Shown piece after piece: positions 50,448 to 62,449 of a stretch of 64,000 nt of DNA. The notes under the pieces are model-generated. The model was not told the origin of the DNA, did no database searches, and saw only the letters and a program-made list of their open reading frames with translations. The number at the start of each line of letters is the position of its first letter. Position 1 is the stretch's first letter. Source of the DNA: Nymphaea colorata (taxonomy: Eukaryota); contig NC_045138.2 in assembly GCF_008831285.2 (NCBI RefSeq), positions 34,224,001 to 34,288,000 on the forward strand. Direction: 5' to 3'. The position numbers were made by a program, and so were the translations under genes.

Positions 50448-50809
50448 TAAAAGTTACTATCTTCCCTTTTTTCTCTTGTCTAGTTTTAATAAACCCCTTG
50501 AATTAGTCTGCCCGTCTAAGAAAGAGCATCTTCTAGCTACTATGTTGCCATGTGACCGCAACACCGTTGGAAAACTCAGATTACGGCTGGATTGAAACTC
50601 AGTTAAGAGTTTTTTTTGTATCAATTGTCTCTTGGTTTTCAGCAGTGCTAATTTGAGCGCTTGAATGGCTTTATCTAACCGTTTAGACCACATTTTAAAA
50701 AAGCATAGTATTTTAGTCGCCACCTTATCTTCTTTTTTCTAACTATAGAGAACAACAACAATCCAAATCCTTGGTTTGATTCATTAAAAACTCGAAATCG
50801 TCACTAACA

Positions 50810-53667
50810 AGCCAATTAAAATGCCATTAATTTACAGTGTGTGTACAGGCGATAATTATCTCTCTGCCTCTCCTTATCTTTCAAGGACTTTCATGAAGGT
50901 GTCACCAACAATTCCATCTCATCTACTTGGCTAGGGGTTTTGCTTTGAGGCTTTCAAGATGAAGAAGGTCAAAAAAACAATAAATGACGCTCTCCAAATT
51001 GGGGGGGAGGCCACCTACCTCTTCATAAAGAATGAAATAATGTAACATATTTATAGATCAACCACAACACTGTTGAAAAAGACCCACCACCTCCACTGAA
51101 TCCCCTGTACAAGATTACAACCAGAGGGAGTTCGTGCCATCTGAAGATGAATCTCACTAACAGGAACCTGCAATTTTCCTGTATTACGGAAAACGTTCCA
51201 GTGTTACAAATCTGGCCTGACGTTCAGCACCTTTAACCTATTCATATTAGATGACAAATAGTTGTTCGTGACTGCTTTCAATAACTAAAAGTAGCTAACT
51301 TTTTGTTATGTTATACCTGAAAGCTCGATCATATGCTCCAGCCAATGACAAAGTCCCCTCCAGGTTTGTTGCAAGAACAACAATGTTCTTCACACCCATG
51401 ATCTCGTTCGAGATTAGCTAATAATCCAATGGCTGCTACCATTTTCAGGATTTACCTTCACCCCCAAATTTAACCGATACTTGTTATTGTCAAATAAACT
51501 CATCATTTTTCTTCGAGTAAGTTTTCCCACATGTTTGACAACCATCAGCCACCGCCTGTTTAGGGGATACCGAAAGCACCTCAATGCAACGCTATATTTC
51601 TCCAAATGCATGTACGCGATATGATGAAAAAATACATACTTACATAGCTTTTTATATTTTCTTATTGAATTTGCACCTTCTACCATAGGATGAGCATCAG
51701 ATGGAATTCCTTTTTTTTTCTTCCAAAAGACCTGACTAAAGAAAGCCAGAAGTTAGCTGAAAATGGGGCATCTACAAAAATAGATTATGATGATCCTCAC
51801 CAACCTCCACTGCCAAGGGAAACCCAGATTTTTGAAGTCTTGTATCAATAGGAAGTTTCCTAAGAATAGCAACTAAGATGAACCACGAAGCTTGTCGGAT
51901 CTCTTTTGACATTTACGTATCAACTCCTTCCAGTTCGCAGCCACGACTTTCTTTCTAACTGTCTCCCAAAGAGAGACCAACTTAAGTAATCTGAGACGGA
52001 TGTTATAAAGCGCTAAACTACAGATGTGCTCCCCGTCCCTAGCCTAACCGGCGATTTATTCGCAACTGAAGATCTTCTAATTCTAAAACCTTCCTCAAAT
52101 CCAGGCATGGTCCTATGTCACCAATGAGGTTTTTTGAAGATCTCCTCTTTCCCCAAAGAAAGTATCTGCTATGTTTTTTCAGCTTTACTAGTATCTATCA
52201 AGGGCATGTTAAAACCATCAGCCAGTGTCGAGGAAGAGCACTCGGAACAAATTTGACAATACATTATTATCTCAGAACACAAAAGAAATCCCATTTTCCA
52301 CCGTGATACTCTTCTTTGAAATTTCTGGATGACTAAAAACCATTCGCTTGCTCCAATTTCAGAAGGGGGAGGTAACACCAGGTGTTTAACCGGAAAAGAA
52401 CCTTATTCCATCATTATTGGCATACAACAAAATCATCTAGCCATTGATGCAGGGCCTTTAATGTAGATACCATTGGCGGCTCCGTGCTAGTAATCTGTAT
52501 CTTCCTTAAATTTGATAACGCTCCCAGAAGACTCTTCAAAAACTTTTGAGGCCTTAGTGTAAAGGATTGCTTCAACAACGTAAACTAGGGAGGTCATACT
52601 AGATTCACAGTTATCAACGGGAGGGGTTTCAATTATTCTTTTCCATACCTTGATGTTAATGTTTCTCACCATTGTCCCCATCACAATGGAGGAGGAGACA
52701 GAGGATCTCCTTGTCCAATTCCTCTAGCTGCACTGAGAAAGCCATCCTCTCTTCAATAACTACGCTGACGCATGAGACTGTAGCCGCACATCATATTATT
52801 TGATTGATCAGTGTTGGTTTGAACCTCAATTTCAATATTGCTGCGCAAGAAACAACCATTTTACCTTGTCAAGTTGCACCATTTTACCATGTTAATCTGC
52901 ACCTTTTTAAAAGGTGCAACTTAACACAAATAGATGAAGACGCTGGCTCATGAAGATAATGAATCATTTCATAGCAATTAGGCGGCACTTTTGAGTATTC
53001 CAACCCTCTAGACAAAGCAAATTAATTACTAGGAAACTTTTATTCAATGTTGTTTTTCATTTTTCAAGATCATAATACTATATATAAATTTGTATACACT
53101 GTTACATAATGGGTACGTTACATAATGGGTACGTAATCAGTCAACCTAGAGGTGGATTCTCAATTTGGTAATTAGGACATTCCTTGTTTTATTAACTTTT
53201 TCAACTAGTTTTCCCTATGGAAGGAAGTTCTAAATAAACGTTAGTAGGCCTTCTCCAATAATAACCCAATGTTTTGGGAAAAGATATTAAGGAATCCTTC
53301 ATGGCATGGACTACTTTCTTCAGATAATTCCATATCTAACTGTGGCTTTTCTTCTTATACAGGCGAAAGGAGAAAGGCATTCTCTTCAACCTTGCTGTCA
53401 CCTTCTTCTCGTCGTCTAATCTTATAATTGTCTCAAACAATTTCCTCATCCTTCAATGCTTGCTTCAAGTCTTCCTTAATTTTTGTTTATTATAAGATCA
53501 AATCATTTGGTGTTGGATGATAATCGCTTCAGAGTTCCACCACCTTTTGTTGTTTGTCTTTGATTCGTTCCTACACATCCCCGCCAACTATCTTATTCTG
53601 CTCTGCTTCACCCGACCATTTGCCTCACATCACCCCACTCACTACGTTCCCCAAAGGGAAAAATCTC
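50810..53667 (-). mobile_element. Highly degenerate L1-type LINE ORF2 relic (linker, RT, C-terminal RNase H-like part)
   Basis: Broken minus-strand peptides in canonical order: LKQALKDEEIV..EEGDSK (about 53400), ARGIGQGDPLSP (about 52700), SLVYVVEAILYTKAS..FEESSG (about 52550), GSFPVKHLVLP..W..VIQKFQRRVSRWK (about 52350), FLWG (about 52150), EIVGDT (about 50905). Confidence 0.75.
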
Positions 53668-54264
53668 CAAGGGCCTGTTTGTACACAGAACGTGGTAAAT
53701 TTACCATGGTAAATTTTTTTGAAAAAATATACATGATGAAATTTCTCCACCTTCCAATCTGAGGCCTTCTTTGATGAACAGGAAGAATTTAACATGGTAA
53801 ATTTAACCATGTTTGATGCACATATTAGTTTTTTGCAAGGTAAAATTAACCATGTTTGATGCACAAAGTAAAAAAATTGAGAGACTTTTTTCAAAACTGT
53901 TAGTAATTGTTGTTGTTTTTTTTCTTAATGTTGATGTCTACACCTACGTATTAAGCAAAAAATAACACAATTAAAACGATGACATCAAACAGTGCAATAT
54001 AGTTCACAAAATAAAATTTATAACCATAACAAAGTTAGCTAACTCATACAGGTTTTACTATGTAATGAGTACATGTCCACAAAAGTTTAATGAGTACATA
54101 TCCACAAAAGGGTGTATTCTCTACCATCCATAAAAAAATAAGTTTAATGAGTACATATCCAACAAAGAAAACATGTAATCCAACATTTGTGGCTGCACTT
54201 CCGTTCAACAAACTTTGTGTCTTCTATATCTTGCTTTACGATGACATTTTCAATGACTAGAGGC

Positions 54265-54456
54265 CTACGTACTTGCACTACCATACTTGTTGTGGAGATA
54301 CTCATTCATGTAATACTCAGCTGCTTCGATTGAATCAAACGATCTGAAAAGGGCGCCCTTGTATCGATATACTAAAGGTTGGCACCGCTCCCAACTGTCA
54401 TATATGTCTCGCGACCGACCTTCGAAAATGACATAGTACTTTTGTTGAGGCATCAT
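54265..54456 (-). CDS. Small ORF (63 aa) with RNase H1 N-terminal hybrid-binding / Cauli_VI-like domain, inside the Harbinger element
   Basis: MMPQQKYYVIFEGRSRDIYDSWERCQPLVYRYKGALFRSFDSIEAAEYYM fits the recalled pattern KYYVVxxGRxxGIYxSWxECxxxVxGYxGAxFKSFxSxEEA. No catalytic RNase H domain follows. Expression unknown. Confidence 0.75.
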   Translation of the reverse strand: MMPQQKYYVIFEGRSRDIYDSWERCQPLVYRYKGALFRSFDSIEAAEYYMNEYLHNKYGSAST

Positions 54457-54534
54457 CTTTGTTGTCCTATTCAAAACAAAAGAAATGTCAAACAATTAAA
54501 TGAAACAATAGTCAAAATTCATAAATAAACTTAC

Positions 54535-54950
54535 TATTCAATTGAAAATATGTAAACATTTGAGATGTTATTGTTGCTCTCAAAGACTTGTTGCTTCCTC
54601 GTTGATGTGTTTAGCTTGCGAATTCCTATTCGCTTAAAACAAAGTTATCATTCAAAGGTGCATCTTCATCAACAAATTGTTCGGCATTTAGATTTTGTTC
54701 AATTATAAAGTTGTGCAATACACATGTAGCAAGAACAATTTAAACTTGTTTTTTGAATGAAATACTGCACTTGTATATTCAATATTGGAAAACGACATTT
54801 CAACATGCCGAAAGTTCTTTCTACTGTACTTCGAAGTAGTGAATGCCTATGGTTGAATAATTCTTTTTTAGTTCTAGGTGAGCGTGCTCCCCGAGTGTTA
54901 AACTCAGAAATATGATAACGATGCCTTCGATAAGGTGTGAGCAAACCTAT
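54535..54950 (-). pseudogene. C-terminal fragment of a PIF/Harbinger DDE transposase (DDE_Tnp_4 / HARBI1-like)
   Basis: GLLTPYRRHRYHISEF..KKELFNHRHSLLRSTVERTFGMLKCRFPIL, then a 1-nt frameshift, KKQV*IVLATCVLHNFII, an acidic tail and SLRATITSQMFTYFQ. Three stops are compatible with CAR to TAR changes. Confidence 0.9.
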
Positions 54951-54973
54951 GCAACGAGAGAGGAGGAGGAGAC

Positions 54974-55101
54974 CGTCGAGTGCGAGGGAGGAGGAGAAGC
55001 AGACTTATGGAGTGCAGCGAGTGAGGAGCCCTTTCGTCGAGTGCGAGGAAGGAGGAGACGCAGACCTGTGGAGTGCAGCGAGAGAGGAGCCTTTCCGTCG
55101 A
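54974..55101. repeat. 61-bp GA-rich tandem repeat (2.1 copies) inside the Harbinger element
   Basis: cgtcga-initiated units start at 54974, 55035 and 55096. Confidence 0.9.
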
Positions 55102-56757
55102 CTAAGAGGTTGGAGGAGATACAGCAAGGTGTAGCGAGAGAGAAGAGGGAAAAAATGGGCGTCCACGGGAAAAGGGGAGAAATTGAGAGCCCTAACGGTT
55201 CTCAATTTTGTCTCCGCCAAAAAGTCAGTCCTGTGAGGACCGACTTTCTCACGGGCGAAATTTCACCCAATGGCAAAGTAAATTTCGAGTGAAATTTTGT
55301 GTGTTTGTTGCGAAGAATGGTGAACGGGTGAAATTTCACCCTCCCGTACGTTTTTAAACCAATGCATATGATTTTTTCAGTGCATCAAACGGACCCCAAG
55401 AGACCATTCCACCCCCATAAAAGGACGCTTTGTCCATGTCCAGTAGTATTAATTCGGAGGTGGGCATGGTAGAGTGTCCGCTCAGCCCCAATACGAATAT
55501 CCAAGAAAGAAAAAAAAAAGGATATAAATCTAAAAGAGAGAAAGTTCCCAGAATTGTGATCAAATTACGATAGTTGTTTAACTCAAAATTGACGAGATGA
55601 AAACAAAGAAAAACACGGGAACTATGAATGGCCTTTGCAACTACGGTTGGACAAGGTTCTTATTGCCCTTTCGAAAAGAAAAAGACTACGAACTGGTTCG
55701 AATTCATTAATCCTGGTGAACACCAAATATGTTTTGAATAAGTCAAACTCAAGTCTTATTTTCACAACTAAAAAATGAATGGACGATATACAACCTAGCT
55801 ACCTGATATATACCCATAAATCAAGGTGGAATCAAGTGTTATACTTTGACAGGTTAAAGCAAAAAGAGAAGAAAGAAACAAACCCAAGTCCGACAAGTTA
55901 GAGCAAAAGTTTTCGAGCCTACTGCTAAATTATTAGTCAAAAACGTCCTTATTTCCCGACAAAGTTGGTCTGCCAGCTTTGGCGTTCTCCCAACCCCCCA
56001 AGTGAGATTGCTGCCCTCTTTGCATAAAGGCAAAGTTCATAGCGGAAAAACGCATAAGCAAGAGGAAGCTACTTGGCAAATTTACTAGTAAGAAACAAGA
56101 AGAAACGCATCTAAAGTGAACGAACCATTCTTACTAAACAAATTGGAAGGGCCCATTGACCTCATTACATTTCCAGCAAATAACCAATGTGGCTACGCAT
56201 GCCACATGGCCACCAGTCAACTTCCCCTGTACAAAGAACAGTGTAATCACATTATTTACATTACCATCAATTATGTAAGAATATTTCTCTTCTTTTTTTC
56301 GCTTGTTGCCTTCACAATTTTGTATTTACAACATATTACCAGATTCCCAACACCATGACACAGAATTACGCCACAGAGCGAACCCTCATATTAACATGTT
56401 AAAGAGCCTCCTTAGACAAATAAAAGAATTGATGCACCCGAGGAACGAATATGAATAGACAAATTTCTTCATTCATTCCTGCAAACAAAAAGATTGCGCC
56501 AAGTGAGCAAAAACAAAACCAATAAGCAAGGTGGACGAGTCCTAGAAATCTTATGATAATCTAGGCAAGCAGAACCACTGATGGACAAGTATACAATTAG
56601 ACAAAACAAACGACAGTTTCATATATCCCACCGAGATGGGAACACACAACGCCTCAAGAAAGAGTTGAGTTTCCAATCATAAAGACCACAACTCTAAAAG
56701 CCCAGAAACTGCAATCAGACTGCTAAGCTGAACGAAACTGCCACCAAACTATTTACC

Positions 56758-59700
56758 TTAATCTGAAACATTCCCATCATCATGGTGCAGGGACTCCTTG
56801 GGGCTCTCATTATTATTTACAAAGCCCTCCATCAATTCCGTAGAAGTTAGCAGATCACCCCATCCATTTTCTTCTACAAGGGTGGAACTGGTGTCCGTTT
56901 CAGCTCTAACAGTAGCTTCTGACGCTCTGTCAGGAGAACTGCAGCTGCTTTGCACTGACAGCTTTCCATCACCCAAAGGTTCCGGCTTCTGATGCAGTAA
57001 GGATGTGCTGGAACGGTTTTCGTGAACAGGCACACTGTAAAAACAAGCGTTTAATTTCAGATTGAATTCACCCACACATGCACATGTCAAAGAAGGTCTG
57101 TGTGCACTAAGATGCATTTCCTAAGAAAAATTGAAAAATAACAAAAACCTCTCTCTCACACTCATGCATGTACGCACATAAAGGTTGATCGACAAGGCAA
57201 ATTTTGAACCAAGGAATGGCCTAATAACATCAATACTAAAAACACCAGCCACAAGCTGCTAAAATTTCAGAGGTTCATGCAGGAACATGATATAGACTCC
57301 ATTCAAACTTGAACCTGGCAGGATGTCAATCTGAAATTAAATTAAGGAATAAGGACATTACAGCTGCTGACCGACCATGAAATACTAGCAACCATTTAGT
57401 CTCTTCTTATGCTTTTTCTATGTTTTATGATGCAACAACACCTTAACAACTAATCATTATGTAAAGAGAACGCCTTACCTATGGAAGCAGCAAAAGCCCA
57501 TCCAGGACCACACGACTAATAATCTATATATTGCCTCATTTTCACTTTTCACAACATACTATAACACATGACTTCGAAATGGTAGCACCGATCCCTTGTT
57601 CATTATTTTCTTGATTTGATTTTCTCAACACTTTTATTTTTTAGCAGTACTTTTATCAATCTTCATCCCGACAAAACTGGACAATCACTAAGTATCCAAG
57701 CTGACTTAGCTTTGCATAAGAATATTCACAGATCCATAAAAGGAAAGCAGATATATTTCCATGGAGGCTCTTCTGTGTACAATGTGACTCATAACACGTT
57801 TAATGAAGCAGCTAAATACACCTGATGTTGGGTCAGATGCGGATTTGGTACAGAGGAGAATGATAAAAAACACAACCATATATGACCCATTTCCAACCCA
57901 GACATTACTGGATAGAAGGTAAAAGATGCACCCTTAAAGAAGGTTCTTCATAAGGGCCCATGGATAAAATTCTTGTTTTTACTAATCTTGCTTGTCCCAA
58001 ACCACAAGAATATGCCCCCAGAGGGTTTAAGAGCTTGTGACAGAAATTATGAGTTCTGCCCCCTTCCTTTCCATCCATAAGATGTGAATTAAGGCAACAC
58101 ATAACAGGTGCTGTTAGAGCTTGTGACAGAGAAATTCTGAGTTCTGCCCCCTTCCTTTCCATTCATAAGATGTGAATTAAAGCAACACATAACAGGTGCT
58201 GTTAGAGCTTGTGACAGAAAAATTCCAAGTTCGGCTATTTATTGCTCTACATAAGAATGGATTGCAGCGACACATAAAATGTTGTTAGAAAGCTATCAAG
58301 TGCATTGTACAACACTACCTCTAAAATACCTTCTTCAAGTAATGATTTTTAAAGAGAAACAGACTAATGTGTCTGGAAGCCACAAATACACTACTAGATG
58401 TTTAACATCCAAAAGACTATCAATCTTCAATTAGGATATTGATCAACTTCCCATACATTAGGCAACAAAGTCTAAAGGCAAAAAAAAAAACATGTTGAAA
58501 ATCGAAAATAGAAACCTGTGAATATGCTAATACACGTTTAAAATGTGGAAGATAACATAGCCAATTTTTAATTGAGAAAATTTAAACTAATGATACATTA
58601 TTAACAAAATTTACAGCCAGAATGGCATGTTGTAGATACAAATGAGCAATCACCTTAGTTTTTGAAATTTAGAAGCCTGGGGATAGTCAACTGCAGGCAC
58701 CAGATCTTTGACTCTTGCTTCAACATTACGAGTTGGAACTCTTTCAACCTCGACCTCTCCACAAGAAAGATTCACATTTTCCATTTTGACATCATCCAGC
58801 AACATCACTTGAAAGTATATCTAAAAAGCAATTAAAAGAGATAATGAAACACACCAACCAATCTATTACAGTTTTTTGGATAAAATTTTTGCTCGTTAAA
58901 CAGCTTAATAGTTAGTACCTGTGATCTTGCCCACAATGGAAACCCATTTTGATGCACATGCAATTCAGCTTTGGAGATATACAAGTGATGGTCTTCCTCA
59001 GGATTAAACTTTTCCTTTACAATAGAACCTTTATCAGAATGATGCATATCTGTGGTTCCATTTTTGTACCTCATTGAAACTTTGTTGATGTTGCCATTTA
59101 TGTGGTCATAATAAGCATCAATATTTTCTTCTCTTTCTATTCTATTTCGCATATGACACACATCCCATTTCTGGAGTGTCTCAACAAGTAACTTCCCATC
59201 AGGATTATCAGCTGACTCATAAGGGCCAGTATTTACACCATGAAAAGCTGACCCTGACTCCACATCAGATGGAACACGCAATGCATACTGTACCACAGAA
59301 CCAGATGGAGAGAATACAAGCAAATGATACTTTGGGCTCCGCAAATTGAAGTCTGCATGAAGACCATGACCATTGCAGTTGTGGAAAGAAGATGCAACAG
59401 CTCCAGGGAGGGAATTTACCCTGCCCGTCGCAGCTGCAGCAGCACCACTGACAGCATCTCTCCAACTGTTACCACTCTTGATCCTGCTTACAGCAGATAA
59501 TGTGACTGGAGTGCCAGATTCATATAATGTCTGCTGACTCAATCTTGATGGACCAGAGGTAGGTGGTTGACGAATTGCTGATTGAGCAGTCAAACCAAAA
59601 CCCTGGTTGCCATGGGTGTGAATGACTTCATCTGAATGTACATTTACATTCCCACCAAAAGGGGACATGGCAAACAAATGGCTAGTTCCTCTAGAAGAAC

Positions 59701-61205
59701 TTATCATAATCCATTTGCTATCAAAACTAAAGCTGATATCCTGTATAACCTGTCAAAGGAGAAGCGTGATCACCATTGTCATGACAAAGTTTTGGCATTA
59801 TAAAAAAAAATAGAGAGAATCTAGCAAAAAGGTTCATTTACCGCATTTGTAAGCCCTCGCTGAAGCCTGTAAAGATGCACATGTGCGGAAGCCAAATCAG
59901 CTGCTGAAGAGCTTCTAGGAGGGTTTATCCGGAAAACATTAATATTGTGACCCTGAACTGAAGCAGTCACCAACAGTGTTCCACTAGGATCAAAGCACAA
60001 CGCTGATATAGGACTTCTATGTGCCCTAAATTGAGCGATAACACATTTGCGGACAATATCCCTGACAATAACCTGCAAAAGGCACAATTCAAATGACTCC
60101 ATAAATAATTTCATCTGCCCATAAATAACAAATTGTTCCGGGTATTCTTTTGCAAATTAAATCTGAGAGAAGGGCAATGATCAAACAAAAGGCGAGTAGG
60201 AAACAACACCATAACTACTTTAGCACTACATACTGTTCCAGCATGCTCTGCTTCAGGACAACGTCCATTGCAGCGTGCCCTATGGGAGTTGTTTGAATCA
60301 GGAAGAAGTTCTGAACAATATCTAGAGAGCTTCTTATATCCCATGTCGCCAATGGTTGCTATCCCCGCAGCAAGATGTTTACTTGATTCTTTAGCATAAT
60401 GGGCCACTAAGCTCCCATTTGAAGTCATGCGAGTCAAATGCTGTGGACTCACACGGCCTGTGCTTGAAACATCAACTGGATTTCCAGCATATGCTAGCCA
60501 CCTAGAGCCAACTGCAAGTGGGCCATAAGCAATAACACCACTCCCGGATCCATGACACCCTAAGGCCACAGGGTATGTCACAACGATATATACACTTTCG
60601 AGTGTTACAGCATCAAAGCAATGGATCTGTAACATAATTTTACTCATGTCAGAAAGCAAATTAGTGAAAAATTTCTTCAAAAAACAGAACTAGAGAGATA
60701 CAATTCTATTTGTCAAAGTACATATACATGACACACATACCTGTGATGCCTGCGCTATGGCCACAATACGAGCACTGCACCTAACTGAGTGAACGGCAGA
60801 CCTAAACTTCAACACATGTACATAAGAATGGGACCTTAAGGAATAAAATCGAACTACAGTAGGTATAAAATTTACATTTCCTAGCTCATGACTACTAGGA
60901 ACACTGCCATTGGAATATAGGCCAAGGCCATCATGACTCACATCCACTCCATTAACAGTTCCATCCCCAACAACAACCAATAATGGACGAGAATCTAGGA
61001 ATTTGTCTTCTGATCTTTTAGAAGTCATTGGCTTTGGTTGCATCTGCAAGAATGAGACAGGACCATCTTGCTTACACACTATCTCCCGCACATTATGCGC
61101 CTCCTCAACGTCCCAAACTTGAAAGCCAGTCTTGTAACCTAGCAGAAGAACCTGGCGGACAACATTTTCCTCAAACTGTAACCTATCAAATCCAGCCCAT
61201 ATCAC
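56758..61205 (-). CDS. ATG18F: Autophagy-related protein 18f-like (WD40 propeller + BCAS3 domain); first exon(s) not found, probably beyond window end
   Basis: Exons 61205-60741, 60626-60234, 60072-59842, 59749-58919, 58820-58654, 57034-56758. Motifs VIWAGFD, GFQVWDVE, YGPLAVGSRWLAY, AQFRAHRSPISALCFDPSGTLLVTAS, LYRLQRGLTNAVIQDISFS, HHLYISKAELHVH. Confidence 0.9.
58030..58232. repeat. About 87-bp tandem repeat (2.4 copies) in the last ATG18f intron
   Basis: agagcttgtgacaga starts at 58030, 58116 and 58204. Confidence 0.92.
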
Positions 61206-61735
61206 CTATAACACACAAAAGTCAGATATCGTTAAAAATAACAAAATCACAGTAAAAAGGTACTACCTGAAGCTTTCAATAGAATAAAACAAAAAGAGAT
61301 GCACAAACATATTCAATAGTCTCCAAACCCCAAGAGAAATCCATTGAATACATCAAAAATGTTAGCCAATTATATGAGTTTCACCTAATTAGACTTCAAA
61401 CCCAACATCTGTAAATTGATCAGCAATTATTATTAACCATAAGGAGTACCACATGTATGACATAGTAATACTGTAGTTCTCAACTAAGCACTTTACTGCA
61501 CAAAAAATTGAAGAAAAATAACTTTTAGAGCCATGCTAAAAAACCTGGAAAAAGACATTAGTTAGAGAAAGACCATTCTCCTCAGCTTTTGATCTGTGAG
61601 CCAACTAATCTTGGTTGTATAAAATGAGTAAAACCAGGGTTCACCAATTCTGGGGTGGATAGGATCAATATAAAAAGGAAAATGAAAAAGACAAAGGGAG
61701 AGTGAGAAAAAGGGGTTGGAAAAACCAGTCCCTAA

Positions 61736-61886
61736 GGGGTCGTTTGGCAGCAGGGACACTCTGTGAGTGTCCCATGAATCTGCCCTAAAGATTGGACAGA
61801 TTCATAGAACACTAGTATGAAGCTATCCAATTTTTGGGGTAGATTCATGGGACACTCACAGAGTGTCCCTGCTGCCAAATGACCTC
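61736..61886. mobile_element. Tourist-like (PIF/Harbinger) MITE forming a near-perfect hairpin
   Basis: About 50-bp TIRs GGGGTCGTTTGGCAGCAGGGACACTCTGTGAGTGTCCCATGAATCT; TSD TAA on both sides. Confidence 0.92.
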
Positions 61887-62449
61887 TAATTGGACTGGTT
61901 GAAGCCATTCCCTAAATTTACATGTGTGTGTTTTTTATAAAAATTAAAAAAAAAAGGAACTCAGTAAATTTTACATTTAATGGTTCAAAACACTTCCTTT
62001 TTTTCAAAAAAAAAAAAAAAAAACCACTTCTGACCCTCTGGGTCTAGTTATTCAATGCTTCATCATTGAGTAGTCCACCAAGTCTACCAACTAGTCCCTA
62101 TCATGGACTAACTAATATCTGGGGACCAGCTGGATTGACTATTCTCTAGGTTGACAACTAAGCAACCACTAACTAAACACATAACTGAAAAACTTAGATT
62201 ATCTTGCTCTTATTAGGAACTTATATTCAAGAAGACATCAAGGGAGTTATATTAGTTTCATAAAGTCCAAGGAACCCTTCAGTTTTAATTTTTATAAATG
62301 CTATATGAATGAGACCATTCCACTACATAACAAGTACAGTAAACAATAGATTGAAGAGATACAGCACAATGCTTTATGACATTTTCACAAAATATTTGAA
62401 GAAAAAATGAATAACTAATGACACCCACTTGAGGATTTTACCAACCTGC

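Larger units (their letters stand above)
53671..55396 (-). mobile_element. Non-autonomous PIF/Harbinger DNA transposon (1726 bp)
   Basis: TIRs GGGCCTGTTTG and reverse-complement GGGTCCGTTTG (9/11, extending to about 20 bp with one gap); 3-bp TSD CAA at 53668-53670 and 55397-55399; palindromic subterminal repeats; internal transposase remnant. Confidence 0.88.

Noticed and set aside
53101..53134. 16-bp tandem duplication gttacataatgggtac (and a 14-bp one near 8365-8395)
   Set aside because: Ordinary slippage-type micro-duplications with no further structure.
54912..55292. 126-aa plus-strand ORF and overlapping ORFs in the Harbinger element
   Set aside because: Produced by the GA-rich 61-bp repeat; no Myb/SANT or other domain is recognisable.
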